In this document: positions 1 to 8,759 of the stretch, piece by piece | Layout: the number at the start of each line of letters is the position of its first letter | How positions within the stretch are numbered: position 1 is the first letter of the stretch | Origin: Spirochaetia bacterium | GTDB taxonomy: Bacteria; Spirochaetota; Spirochaetia; CAKZLE01 | Direction of reading: 5' to 3' | DNA: 64,000 nucleotides | NCBI GenBank assembly: GCA_963677595.1 | Contig: OY782041.1 | Span: 832,001 to 896,000, forward strand | The notes under the pieces: generated by a model | What the model saw: only the letters and a program-made list of their open reading frames with translations | The model's database searches: none | Told to the model about the DNA's origin: nothing | Position numbers and translations under genes: made by a program

Positions 1-1162
1 CCCTTCTGAGCAAAGCGGTAGCCTCGAGATGGGTAGTCTGCGGGTAGAAGTCGTAGCCGTGGAACAGCCTGAGGGAATACCCCCGCTTCGTGATCGTCTT
101 CAGGTCCCTGGCCAGGGTCACGGGATTACAGGAGACATAGAGCAGCCATTCCGCACCCCAGGAGAGCATGAGATCGATCACACTGCCAGGCAGCCCGGTT
201 CTCGGGGGATCAACGACTAGCAGGTCCAGGCCAAGGCCGCCCCGGCCTTGTACCCAGTTCTCGACTGAATCGGTATGGAACGTCGTCTTCGTAAGGTTCC
301 GCTGTGCGAACTGGAGGCATCGTTCCTCCCGTTCCACTGCTATGACCTCACGGTACTGGTCCTCGAGGAATGCGGCGAAGGTCCCTACCCCGCTGAACAG
401 ATCCAAGGCCCTCGCACCCCAGAGATGGGGAAGGATATCACCGAGGAGCTTCTCGAACATGACCTTGTTGGACTGGAAGAAGACGATCCCGTCCAGGGCA
501 AAGGAGTGCGACTTGCAGTCGGGAGGGGAGATCGTCTGGATGACCTGGTCCTGCTCCACGGCAGCACCATCATCCCCAACGACGCTGTGGATCTCACGAT
601 CCGGCAGGTCGGCCTTCCTGACCCAGTTCTTCCAGCCGAAGTCCAGGATCTCAGCCAGCCTGGGATCAAGGATCGGACAGAACTCCAGACCCACCACATC
701 GTTCGAGTTTTTCCCGAGGAAGCCCATCCTGCCGTTCTGGAAATCGAGATGGAACTTGGCACGGGTCCGGTACTCCCACATCGGGCCTCCGGTGAGCGTG
801 AACCTGCTGCCGAACTCGTCGAGATCGATCCCGCCGATCCGTTTCATGGTATCGAAGAGAATCTGGCGCTTTATCTCAAGCTGGCTCTCCTGCCTGATAT
901 GCTGGAGGTTGCATCCCCCGCAGAGGTAGAAGTAGGGGCATTTCGGTTCTGCCCGCAGGGGAGACTCGGTGATGACCTGGTCGATCTCTGCGCGGGCAAA
1001 ATCCTTCTGGTTCCTGGTAAGGCGGATCTTCACCTCCTCCCCGGGCAAGCCCCCGGGGACGAAGAGCACCCGCCCGTCCGGCAGGCGGGCCAGGCCGTCG
1101 CCGCCTGATACTACCTTCTCGATGTGAACTTTCAGTTTCTTTCCCACGTCATATATACCCAT
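1..1162 (-). CDS. rlmD: 23S rRNA (uracil-5-)-methyltransferase, RlmD/RumA family (3' end runs off the window)
   Basis: Not in the ORF track; segments translated by hand from ATG 1162: TRAM-like N-terminus (IEKVVSGGDGLARLPDGRVLFVPGGLPGEEV), CPYFYLCGGCNLQH Fe-S motif, VVDPPRTGL, YVSCNPVTLARDL, DFYPQTTHLE. Confidence 0.9.
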   Translation of the reverse strand, partial: MGIYDVGKKLKVHIEKVVSGGDGLARLPDGRVLFVPGGLPGEEVKIRLTRNQKDFARAEIDQVITESPLRAEPKCPYFYLCGGCNLQHIRQESQLEIKRQILFDTMKRIGGIDLDEFGSRFTLTGGPMWEYRTRAKFHLDFQNGRMGFLGKNSNDVVGLEFCPILDPRLAEILDFGWKNWVRKADLPDREIHSVVGDDGAAVEQDQVIQTISPPDCKSHSFALDGIVFFQSNKVMFEKLLGDILPHLWGARALDLFSGVGTFAAFLEDQYREVIAVEREERCLQFAQRNLTKTTFHTDSVENWVQGRGGLGLDLLVVDPPRTGLPGSVIDLMLSWGAEWLLYVSCNPVTLARDLKTITKRGYSLRLFHGYDFYPQTTHLEATALLRR

Positions 1163-1265
1163 ATCGTGAATCCCTGTTATTCCCCTCTCGTCCAGCCTTG
1201 CCTGGAGTCGACTATCATCAACCCGGGCAAGTATATATGACTTCTTGAACTTTTACTACCGTAGT

Positions 1266-2447
1266 TCAAAGCAGTTTGACTTTGACCAGATACCCAAATC
1301 CGATCCCGATATAATTACCCAGCACCCATCCCGCGATCCCTGCGACCATCCCCGCCATGATCACCGACCGGTTCCGCAAGGAAGCGGCGACTACCGGCAC
1401 GAAGGGGGGAGAGAAGATGAGAGAAGTGGCCGTGATCAGCTGGGTGTCCCCATCGACACGAAGGATCTTCGAGAAGATCACATGGAGGATGAAGGTGAGC
1501 ACGATCAGCACCGCGACATACGCCATCATCACCGGTGCCGTCTCTGAGAGCTCCCGTATATTAGCCATAGAGCTCACCACCAGCGAGAAGACCAGCAGGA
1601 AGTAGTACCCGAGCTGGAAGGTGAAAGCCGTCTCCTTCAGGTGCCTGTTGAATGACCCGATCACCCCGAGGGTGGTGATCACGATGATGGCAACCACCGG
1701 TCCGATCCAGTCCGGCACGAAGAGGCTCAACCCTCCACCGATGGCGAAGATGACCAGGGAGAAGAGGAACGCCCGTACCAGCGGCGGGATGTTCTGCCGG
1801 TTGAAGCCGGAGAAATAGGGGGTGAACTCCTTCTGCCCATAGACTGCATTCGGATCATGCTCTTTCCGCCTCCCGGTCTCGAGCGACCCGGCACTGACGG
1901 GGAGTATGATCCTGAGCAGCTTCGGCAGCACGGAGATCATGAGGAGGAAGAGCACCCCGCAGACGACCACATCGGAGGCATGCACCGCGATATAGGTCGT
2001 GGTATCGACCGAAAGGGCCGTACCGATCGCCGCCATGTTCGGAGTCCCCCCGGTATAGCAGCCAACGAGCATGCCGGCGACCTTCCAGGCATCGGGACCA
2101 ATACGGTCCGAGAAGATCAAGAAGGTGACAAGCGAGCTGATGACCACGGCGGCCAGGGCCCCGAGGAAGGCCCTGATCACCAGCGATGACTGGTTCCTCC
2201 AGTTCGCTATATGCATGGAGAAGAAGATGAGCGGCAAAGCTATGGGTACTGTCAGGGTGGACATATAATCCTGGATCGTCAGGATGTTCTCAGGGAACAC
2301 CCCGATGTTCCCCAGTACCAGACCGATAGCATAGCAGATGACGACTCCCCCGATCGCATCGAGGACCGAGGACTTCGAACAGGCATAGAGGACACCGATG
2401 GGGATGACCATGAACACCACAACCCAGATGATCGTAACTCCAGTCAT
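1266..2447 (-). CDS. DUF819-family multi-pass membrane protein
   Basis: 393 aa, about 10 hydrophobic segments, GCYTGGTPNMAAI and G(N)YIG motifs typical of DUF819. Confidence 0.75.
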   Translation of the reverse strand: MTGVTIIWVVVFMVIPIGVLYACSKSSVLDAIGGVVICYAIGLVLGNIGVFPENILTIQDYMSTLTVPIALPLIFFSMHIANWRNQSSLVIRAFLGALAAVVISSLVTFLIFSDRIGPDAWKVAGMLVGCYTGGTPNMAAIGTALSVDTTTYIAVHASDVVVCGVLFLLMISVLPKLLRIILPVSAGSLETGRRKEHDPNAVYGQKEFTPYFSGFNRQNIPPLVRAFLFSLVIFAIGGGLSLFVPDWIGPVVAIIVITTLGVIGSFNRHLKETAFTFQLGYYFLLVFSLVVSSMANIRELSETAPVMMAYVAVLIVLTFILHVIFSKILRVDGDTQLITATSLIFSPPFVPVVAASLRNRSVIMAGMVAGIAGWVLGNYIGIGFGYLVKVKLL

Positions 2448-2459
2448 GGGAACCTGCCT

Positions 2460-4250
2460 CTATCTCAGTTCAGCATCTGCGAGTCTGCAGAACTCATCGA
2501 CGTATCCCTCAAGGATCGTGATCCCTGACCTCCAGAACTCCTCACTCTCGATGTCGAAGCCGGCCGAAGCGGTAACGGTCTCCGACGATTCCTGGCCCGT
2601 GAGCTGGAGCATCTGCACATACTGCTCACAGAAGGGGGCTCCCTTCTGCTGGTACTGCGCATAGAGCGCCATCCCGAAGAGCTGGCCGAACGCATAGGGG
2701 TAGTTGTAGAAGGCAAGGTCCGTGCTGTAGTAGTGGCCCTTCACGGCCCACATGTAGGGGTGCAGTTCCTCTTCATCCAGGGCATCCCCGTAAGTCCGCT
2801 TCTGGGCAGAGGTCATCATGGAGCAGAGCTCTTCCGGCGCTACCTCCTTCCCGGCCCTCCGGGCGAAGAGGTCGGTCTCGAAGTAGTACCTGCTCAGGAT
2901 ATCGACGACCGGTTGTGCGGCCTCCGCCAGGTACGACTCGATCATCGACAGCCTCTCCCCATCTGCAGCCTGCTTCAGGGCGCCCTGGAAGATGACGGTC
3001 TCGGAGAAGATCGATGCCGTCTCAGCCAGGGTCATCGGGTAGTCGCGGAGCATAGCCGGCTTCCCGTTGAGGACATGGCTGTGGAAGGCATGCCCGAGCT
3101 CATGTGCGACCGTGGAGACGCTTGAGAAGGAACCGTCGAAGTTACAGAGGACCCGGCTCTCCCCGACAAGCGGGAACCCGATACAGTAGGCTCCCCCGAC
3201 CTTGCCGTCATCGGGCTGGGCATCGATCCACTGCTTCTCGAACGCCTCGCTCGCGAACGCTCCCATCGGGGGATAGAACTCGCCGAACTGCCTGATGATG
3301 AAATCCCTCGCCTCGCTGAACTCCCAGGACCTCTCGTCCGATCGGATCGGGGCGAAGATGTCGTAGAAGGAGAGCTTCCCCAGGCCGAGGAGCTCAGCCT
3401 TCTTCCTGAAGTACCTCCTCAACAGCGGCTGGGCCTCCTCGAGTACGGAGATGAGGCTCCCCAGGGTCTTCATGGTGATCCTCGAGAGCTGTGCGGAATG
3501 CGCGACATTCGAGGGATACCCTCTCCGTGTATCGAGAGCGACCGTCGCCCCCTTCACGCCGTTGATCGCGTAGCTTAGCGGGATCTCATGAGCCTTCCAG
3601 GTCTCCAGCTCCTTCCTGAACGCCTTCTGTCGTATCTCCCGGTCTGGGTGGAATGCCAGGGCACGCAGCTCGATGACACTCTTGCGTTCCCCGGTCTCCT
3701 CATCCCAAAGGGCCGATGCGGTCGAGGAGACGGCCTCCTGGAGTCGGCCCCAGGCATCGCCCCCGCAGCGCTGGAGCTCGGAAGCGAGCGCCTCGAGCTC
3801 AGGAGCCATCTGGCGGGCAGATTCCTCTGCCAGGCGGCTGATCGTATAGGCATAGTGGGAGAACTCCCCATCACTGCCGCAGAGGGCGGTGAGTTCACCA
3901 GCCCTACTGCCCACGGCATTCTTGAAGGCGACACCGGCTGCCTTCACCTGCATGGAGATCGACTCGATCTCATGGAGGGTCTCCTGAGCCTGGGTATCCC
4001 TCGTGTTCACGGAAAAGCGGGTATAGGCATAGGACTCCAGGTTCTCATAGAGATCTGACATCATGTTCACATGGCTGATGGTATCCTTGAACCAGTAGGG
4101 CAAGTCAATCGCCTCAACGGAAGGGAGTTCCTCCGCCTGGATGATCACGGCCTCGCAGGTCTTGTAGAGGAGGTTCTTGTTATCCTGGAACGCATCGCTT
4201 TCCGGGCCTGTATAGATTGTGTCCAATGTCCATCGTGGAAGAGTCGGCAT
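2460..4250 (-). CDS. pepF: M3B-family oligoendopeptidase F
   Basis: HELGHAFH zinc motif, GKVGGAYC, LAETASIFSE, HYY...FYNYPYAFG. Confidence 0.92.
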   Translation of the reverse strand: MPTLPRWTLDTIYTGPESDAFQDNKNLLYKTCEAVIIQAEELPSVEAIDLPYWFKDTISHVNMMSDLYENLESYAYTRFSVNTRDTQAQETLHEIESISMQVKAAGVAFKNAVGSRAGELTALCGSDGEFSHYAYTISRLAEESARQMAPELEALASELQRCGGDAWGRLQEAVSSTASALWDEETGERKSVIELRALAFHPDREIRQKAFRKELETWKAHEIPLSYAINGVKGATVALDTRRGYPSNVAHSAQLSRITMKTLGSLISVLEEAQPLLRRYFRKKAELLGLGKLSFYDIFAPIRSDERSWEFSEARDFIIRQFGEFYPPMGAFASEAFEKQWIDAQPDDGKVGGAYCIGFPLVGESRVLCNFDGSFSSVSTVAHELGHAFHSHVLNGKPAMLRDYPMTLAETASIFSETVIFQGALKQAADGERLSMIESYLAEAAQPVVDILSRYYFETDLFARRAGKEVAPEELCSMMTSAQKRTYGDALDEEELHPYMWAVKGHYYSTDLAFYNYPYAFGQLFGMALYAQYQQKGAPFCEQYVQMLQLTGQESSETVTASAGFDIESEEFWRSGITILEGYVDEFCRLADAELR

Positions 4251-4344
4251 GAAAGCTCCTTTATGTACGGGTTATGCAGGAACACAGATATCCTGCTCAT
4301 CCCATTATCATAGGAGAGTCCGACTGCGTCAAGGTGTCACGTTT

Positions 4345-5718
4345 CTAGATGTCTTCCCCGTATTCGGCGATCTTGTTGATCAAGGTCCTCCGGGAGATCC
4401 CCAGCTCCTCGGCAGCGTGGGTACGGTTGCCTTCCCACCGGTGCAGGGCCTTGATGATCGCCCGCATCTCGATATCCTTGAGGGTCTGGGGTTCATCGGT
4501 CTCGATGGGGGAATCTATGATACCCTGCGTATCACGTTCCGGCATCTCATGGAGCACCACCCCGCGGAGCTCGAGGTCCGCCGAACAGATCTCGTCTGTT
4601 TCAGCGAAGATCACTGCGCGTTCGAGGATGTTCTCGAGCTCCCGGACGTTCCCGGGATACTGGTAGGCTTTCAATGCATCGAAGGCATCTTCCGAGACGC
4701 CGATGATCGAGACTCCCATCTCGCGGTTGAGCTTGGCTATGATCTTCGCCGTGAGCACCGTGATATCCTCGAGCCGTTCCCTTAAGGGGGGTATCTCGAT
4801 CCTGACGACGTTCAGCCGGTAGAAGAGGTCCTCCCGGAAGGCTCCCTCCCGTACCTGGTCCTCGATCTGCCTGTTGGTCGCCGCTATGATCCGCACGTCG
4901 ATCGGCAGCGGAGAGGTTCCGCCGAGGCGGGTGATCTTACGGTCCTGCAGGACCCGCAGGAGCTTAACCTGGAGGGCAAGCGGCATGTCACCGATCTCAT
5001 CGAGGAAGAGGGTCCCGCCGGAGGCCACCTCGAAGAGTCCGATCTTCCGCTGGACGGCACCGGTGAAGGCACCCTTCTCATAGCCGAAGAGTTCACTCTC
5101 GAGCAGCTGTTCAGGCACCCCCCCGATATTGATCGCCACGAACGGGCCGGAATTCCGCACCGAGGTACGGTGGATCTCGCGGGCCACGACCTCCTTGCCG
5201 GTCCCGCTCTCGCCGGTGATCAGGACGGTAGCAGGAGTCTTCCCGATTCGGCTGATGATCTCCTTGATCCTGACCATCGCTTCCGAGGAACCGATGAGCC
5301 GCTCCCCTTCATCCGCACCCTTCCCGAGCTGTTCGGATTCCACGAGGTTCCGCATCCGCTGGTTCTCGATCAGCTTGGAGAGCCTGATGCTGATCTCCTC
5401 TGGGTCGAAGGGCTTCTCGATATAGTCCTGGGCACCCTCCTTCAAGGCGGTCACCGCATCACGGATCTCCCCATGGGCTGACATCATGATGATCGGCATG
5501 CGGAATCCCTCATCCCTGATCCACCGGATCAGGCTGAGTCCGTCCATGCCCGGCATCCTGAGATCCACGAGACAGGCATCATAGGTCTTCTCCCGCAGCA
5601 TCCGCTGGGCCGAAAGCCCGTTCTCGGCACTGTCGCTCTCCATGCCCTCGAGCTGGAGGTAGGTTCCCATCAGCTTCCTGATATTCTTCTCATCGTCAAC
5701 AATCAGTACATGCATCAC
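4345..5718 (-). CDS. Sigma-54-dependent response regulator (NtrC family)
   Basis: Receiver (LIVDDE, DLRMPGMDG), AAA+ (GESGTGKE, GAFTGA, LFLDEIGD, PGNVREL), Fis-type HTH. Confidence 0.95.
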   Translation of the reverse strand: MMHVLIVDDEKNIRKLMGTYLQLEGMESDSAENGLSAQRMLREKTYDACLVDLRMPGMDGLSLIRWIRDEGFRMPIIMMSAHGEIRDAVTALKEGAQDYIEKPFDPEEISIRLSKLIENQRMRNLVESEQLGKGADEGERLIGSSEAMVRIKEIISRIGKTPATVLITGESGTGKEVVAREIHRTSVRNSGPFVAINIGGVPEQLLESELFGYEKGAFTGAVQRKIGLFEVASGGTLFLDEIGDMPLALQVKLLRVLQDRKITRLGGTSPLPIDVRIIAATNRQIEDQVREGAFREDLFYRLNVVRIEIPPLRERLEDITVLTAKIIAKLNREMGVSIIGVSEDAFDALKAYQYPGNVRELENILERAVIFAETDEICSADLELRGVVLHEMPERDTQGIIDSPIETDEPQTLKDIEMRAIIKALHRWEGNRTHAAEELGISRRTLINKIAEYGEDI

Positions 5719-6974
5719 ATACTCCTGGGGATCATGACATCCACGACGGTTCCCCCGCCTTCGCGCTTCTGGTAGGCGATCGTCCCGCCGGCGGCCATGA
5801 TGAATCTCCTGGTGATCGCCAGCCCGATACCCGACCCATTTATCTTCGTCGTGAAGAAGGGATCGAACAGCTGTTCCGTCCCTCCCTCAGGGAGTCCTCT
5901 TCCCCGGTCTGCCACCATGATATGGACCTCATGCCGTGAGGTCTTCACCGTGACTGAGACCTCCTCGGCACCCGCCTCGCAGCTCTCGATCCCGTTCTTT
6001 ACGAGGTTCTCGAAGATCGACCTGGCCCGGTCCCGGTCGATCCTGACGGCAGCATCATGATGGCCTTCCTTCGTCAGGGGTATCGATATGGAGAACAAGC
6101 CCGTGATCTCCTCGAGGAACTCCATCAGCTCGATATCCTCGGGATCGCCGACCGGGTTGCGTAGGAAGTCCCCGACCCGGTCAGAGAGGTTCTTCAGCCT
6201 GAGGATCTCGGTATCGATGACATCGAGCCCCTCGTGGTAGTCATCGGGGATCGTCTTCCTCAGGACCGCGGACTGGATGGAGAGGGCACTGAGAGGGTTC
6301 TTGATCTCATGGGCAAGAGTACGGGCAGCCTGCCCCATCCGGACCAGGCTCTCCTGCTGGGCAAGCTTCTGCCGGTACTCCCGGTTGCGCTTGAAGAAAC
6401 GCAGGAGCGAATAGAAGATGAAGATGAGCAGGCCGATGACGACCACAGTCAGGCCGTTCCAGAGCAGCATCTTCTGGCGATAGACTTTTCCGTCGAAGGC
6501 TATATAGAGGTATTCAGCTACCGGGATCTCGATCTGGTCGAAAAGGAACTGTTCGTTATCGGGGATTCGGGAGGCCGTGAAGGTAAGCTTCGCCTTACGG
6601 ACGTACTCAATCAGCCCGGTAGATTTGTCATAATCGGCGAAGTTCCCTTCGGAGAAATCATAGGTTTCTTTGTTCAGGGATGAGGGGACCTCCCCGAGAC
6701 CGGCCATACGGCGGCCGTCCTGGAGGTAGACACCGATTCCCTTGATCTTCGAGTCGCCTGCAAGAATATCTTCTGCCGTCAGGGTGTTCGTCTGCACCCG
6801 AAACAGGTAATCTGCAAGGATCTGCTCCGCATCATACCGCAGCAGTACATCCTCCCGCTCGATCATGGAGGACATCAGAAGCGAAAACAACAATGCTATG
6901 AGGATCAGGAGCACTCCTGACACCACGATCAATGAGATCTCTTCTTTATCCATTCTGGAGAAACGTTTGAACAT
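5715..6974 (-). CDS. Membrane sensor histidine kinase
   Basis: Two TM helices, AHEIKNPL H-box, NLVKNG, DRGRG, FFTTK, GSGIGL. Start moved to ATG 6974 (SD GAGGAG); overlaps the regulator start. Confidence 0.92.
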   Translation of the reverse strand: MFKRFSRMDKEEISLIVVSGVLLILIALLFSLLMSSMIEREDVLLRYDAEQILADYLFRVQTNTLTAEDILAGDSKIKGIGVYLQDGRRMAGLGEVPSSLNKETYDFSEGNFADYDKSTGLIEYVRKAKLTFTASRIPDNEQFLFDQIEIPVAEYLYIAFDGKVYRQKMLLWNGLTVVVIGLLIFIFYSLLRFFKRNREYRQKLAQQESLVRMGQAARTLAHEIKNPLSALSIQSAVLRKTIPDDYHEGLDVIDTEILRLKNLSDRVGDFLRNPVGDPEDIELMEFLEEITGLFSISIPLTKEGHHDAAVRIDRDRARSIFENLVKNGIESCEAGAEEVSVTVKTSRHEVHIMVADRGRGLPEGGTEQLFDPFFTTKINGSGIGLAITRRFIMAAGGTIAYQKREGGGTVVDVMIPRSM

Positions 6975-7005
6975 GCATGCTCCTCTTCCACACCGATAAT
7001 CCCAT

Positions 7006-7021
7006 TGCATGAATCATGCCA
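7006..7021 (-). promoter_or_regulatory. Putative sigma-54 (-24/-12) promoter
   Basis: TGGCATGATTCATGCA on the minus strand, with exact GG-N10-GC spacing, about 30 nt upstream of the kinase start. Confidence 0.65.
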
Positions 7022-7116
7022 CACCATTCCCCAGCATAAACAGCCTTCCGGGGTACTGTGAATCGTATACAATGAGAATCTTTAACCTAGTATGACACAA
7101 GTGTGAATTTTTTGCA

Positions 7117-7156
7117 CAATAAAGGGGTTGAAAACTTGAAAAAGTTATCAACCCCT
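7117..7156 (-). terminator. Probable intrinsic terminator of the XRE gene
   Basis: AGGGGTTGATAACTT/AAGTTTTCAACCCCT inverted repeat followed by TTATT on the minus strand. Confidence 0.6.
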
Positions 7157-7209
7157 GGTTGATTCAATGGGTATTGAATCATTCCGGCCTGTTACCAGTC
7201 CTTCTGCGA

Positions 7210-7509
7210 CTAAGTCAAACGAATATAGTCTTTCACGCGGTCAAGCAGATATAACACCTCTTCCTGGCTTGACGGCTTCCTGTCATCAGGATCGACGAAG
7301 AACTCGAACGGCTTCACTTCCAGGATCTGTGAGAACTTTTCTAGTGTCTTCACAGACGGGAAGCTTCTGCCTACTTCGATCTCTCCAACGAACCCTGCTG
7401 AGATTGAGCAGAACTCAGCGAGTTTTGCTTGTGAAAGGCCCTTTGACTTTCTGAATCGCTTCAGGTTGCTGATAAAAACCTTCTGTAGATCCGGTACATA
7501 TTTACTCAT
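7210..7509 (-). CDS. XRE-family helix-turn-helix regulator
   Basis: NLKRFRKSKGLSQAKLAE...IEVGRSFPSVKTLEKFSQILEV is a classic HTH_3 pattern. Confidence 0.9.
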   Translation of the reverse strand: MSKYVPDLQKVFISNLKRFRKSKGLSQAKLAEFCSISAGFVGEIEVGRSFPSVKTLEKFSQILEVKPFEFFVDPDDRKPSSQEEVLYLLDRVKDYIRLT

Positions 7510-7702
7510 ATATATACAATACTATATAAATCAAATAATGTGTACCCTTTTTGGTGATTATTTTTGAATTTTACTCATTAATAGCACAATTTCATGTTTA
7601 ACAAGGATTTAACCGTTTATATCTTATTCTTTTCTGTATCAGTATTTAAATACTTGACTTTTTAAGTCGATTATTCAATAACGTAAACAATGACTCGGTC
7701 AG

Positions 7703-8434
7703 CTAGAGCAGATGACCGCCCCCGTCCACCCGCAGGACCTCCCCGGTCACGAATTCAGAGGTGATGAGGAAGCTAACGGCACGAACGAGGTCGTCTGTCG
7801 AACCGGTCCTCCCGACAGGAAGGGTCTCGGACATCCGCCTGAAATATGCCTCATCGCGTCCGTCCTTTGGGAGGATCGCTCCCGGGGCGATCCCGTTCAC
7901 CCGTATCTGCGGGGCCAGGTCGACTGCCAGGGAGCGGGTCATGGTGCTCAATGCTCCTTTGGAGATGTAGTAGGGGCTGAACCCCGCTGCCGGGTTCCCG
8001 ATCCGGGAATCGATCATGTTGATGATGCAGCCGGTCTCTGAAGCTTCATGGGTCTCCCGGAAGGATGCAGCGAACTCCCGAGACAGGATATACGGGGCTG
8101 TTACATGGACGGCAAGATGCTCTTCGAGCAAATCATAGCCGGATCCTTTCTGGAAGACTGACGCAGAATTGACCAGCCCATCGATCGGTCCCATGATATC
8201 TGCAGCACGCGCGATCAGGGAGGCTACCCCATCAGGGTCCCTGAGGTCCTGCTTGAGCAGGCAGTACTCACCCCCGAGCGCCTCGATCATTGAGGCAGTC
8301 TCTTGCGCCTCAGCCTCTGAGGTATGGTAATGGATGATGATGCGTGCACCTTCCCTGGCAAGCCCGAGGGCGATTGCCCCGCCAACCCGTTTAGCGGCTC
8401 CCGTGATCATGAATGTCGCGTTCTCTATTCTCAT
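7703..8434 (-). CDS. SDR-family oxidoreductase (pteridine reductase/FolM-like)
   Basis: ITGAAKRVG, VNSAS, YYISK (YxxxK), VNGIAPG, VDGG. Confidence 0.88.
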   Translation of the reverse strand: MRIENATFMITGAAKRVGGAIALGLAREGARIIIHYHTSEAEAQETASMIEALGGEYCLLKQDLRDPDGVASLIARAADIMGPIDGLVNSASVFQKGSGYDLLEEHLAVHVTAPYILSREFAASFRETHEASETGCIINMIDSRIGNPAAGFSPYYISKGALSTMTRSLAVDLAPQIRVNGIAPGAILPKDGRDEAYFRRMSETLPVGRTGSTDDLVRAVSFLITSEFVTGEVLRVDGGGHLL

Positions 8435-8532
8435 TGCCCATACTATACCGTGAACGGATCACCGGGTAAATAGTACGGGAATTATTTCATTCAGAACTGG
8501 ACAGATCAAGGATTATAGGGTAAAGTGGTATA

Positions 8533-8648
8533 AGATAATTGTCATATGACAGTTATCGCAGAATCCCGTATCATCGGACCTTTCCTGTTTCGATGCTACA
8601 ACATAACTCTCTCTCATATAGCCGCCTGTGTTACAGGCGGCTTTTTAT
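8533..8648 (+). ncRNA. Candidate small non-coding RNA (~115 nt)
   Basis: TGGACA-17-TAAAGT promoter (8498-8526), two hairpins containing G-U pairs, and a strong terminator; no upstream + strand gene needs terminating here. Confidence 0.55.
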
Positions 8649-8650
8649 TT
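8620..8650 (+). terminator. Intrinsic terminator
   Basis: AGCCGCCTGT-GTT-ACAGGCGGCT followed by TTTTATTT. Confidence 0.85.
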
Positions 8651-8759
8651 GACTTTTGCTCTTCATCATCCCTATATTCTTAACTACTGATATATGAGAT
8701 CCAGTGAACATGAATACTACCGGCAGGCCCTGACTGCCGTGAATACAAGGAGTTCAGCA

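Noticed and set aside
6975-7010. ORF-track start 7010 for the histidine kinase
   Set aside because: It lies within the sigma-54 motif; ATG 6974 has a good SD.
8546-8683. 45-codon ORF inside the sRNA candidate
   Set aside because: No SD, the ATG lies inside hairpin 1, and the frame runs through the terminator.
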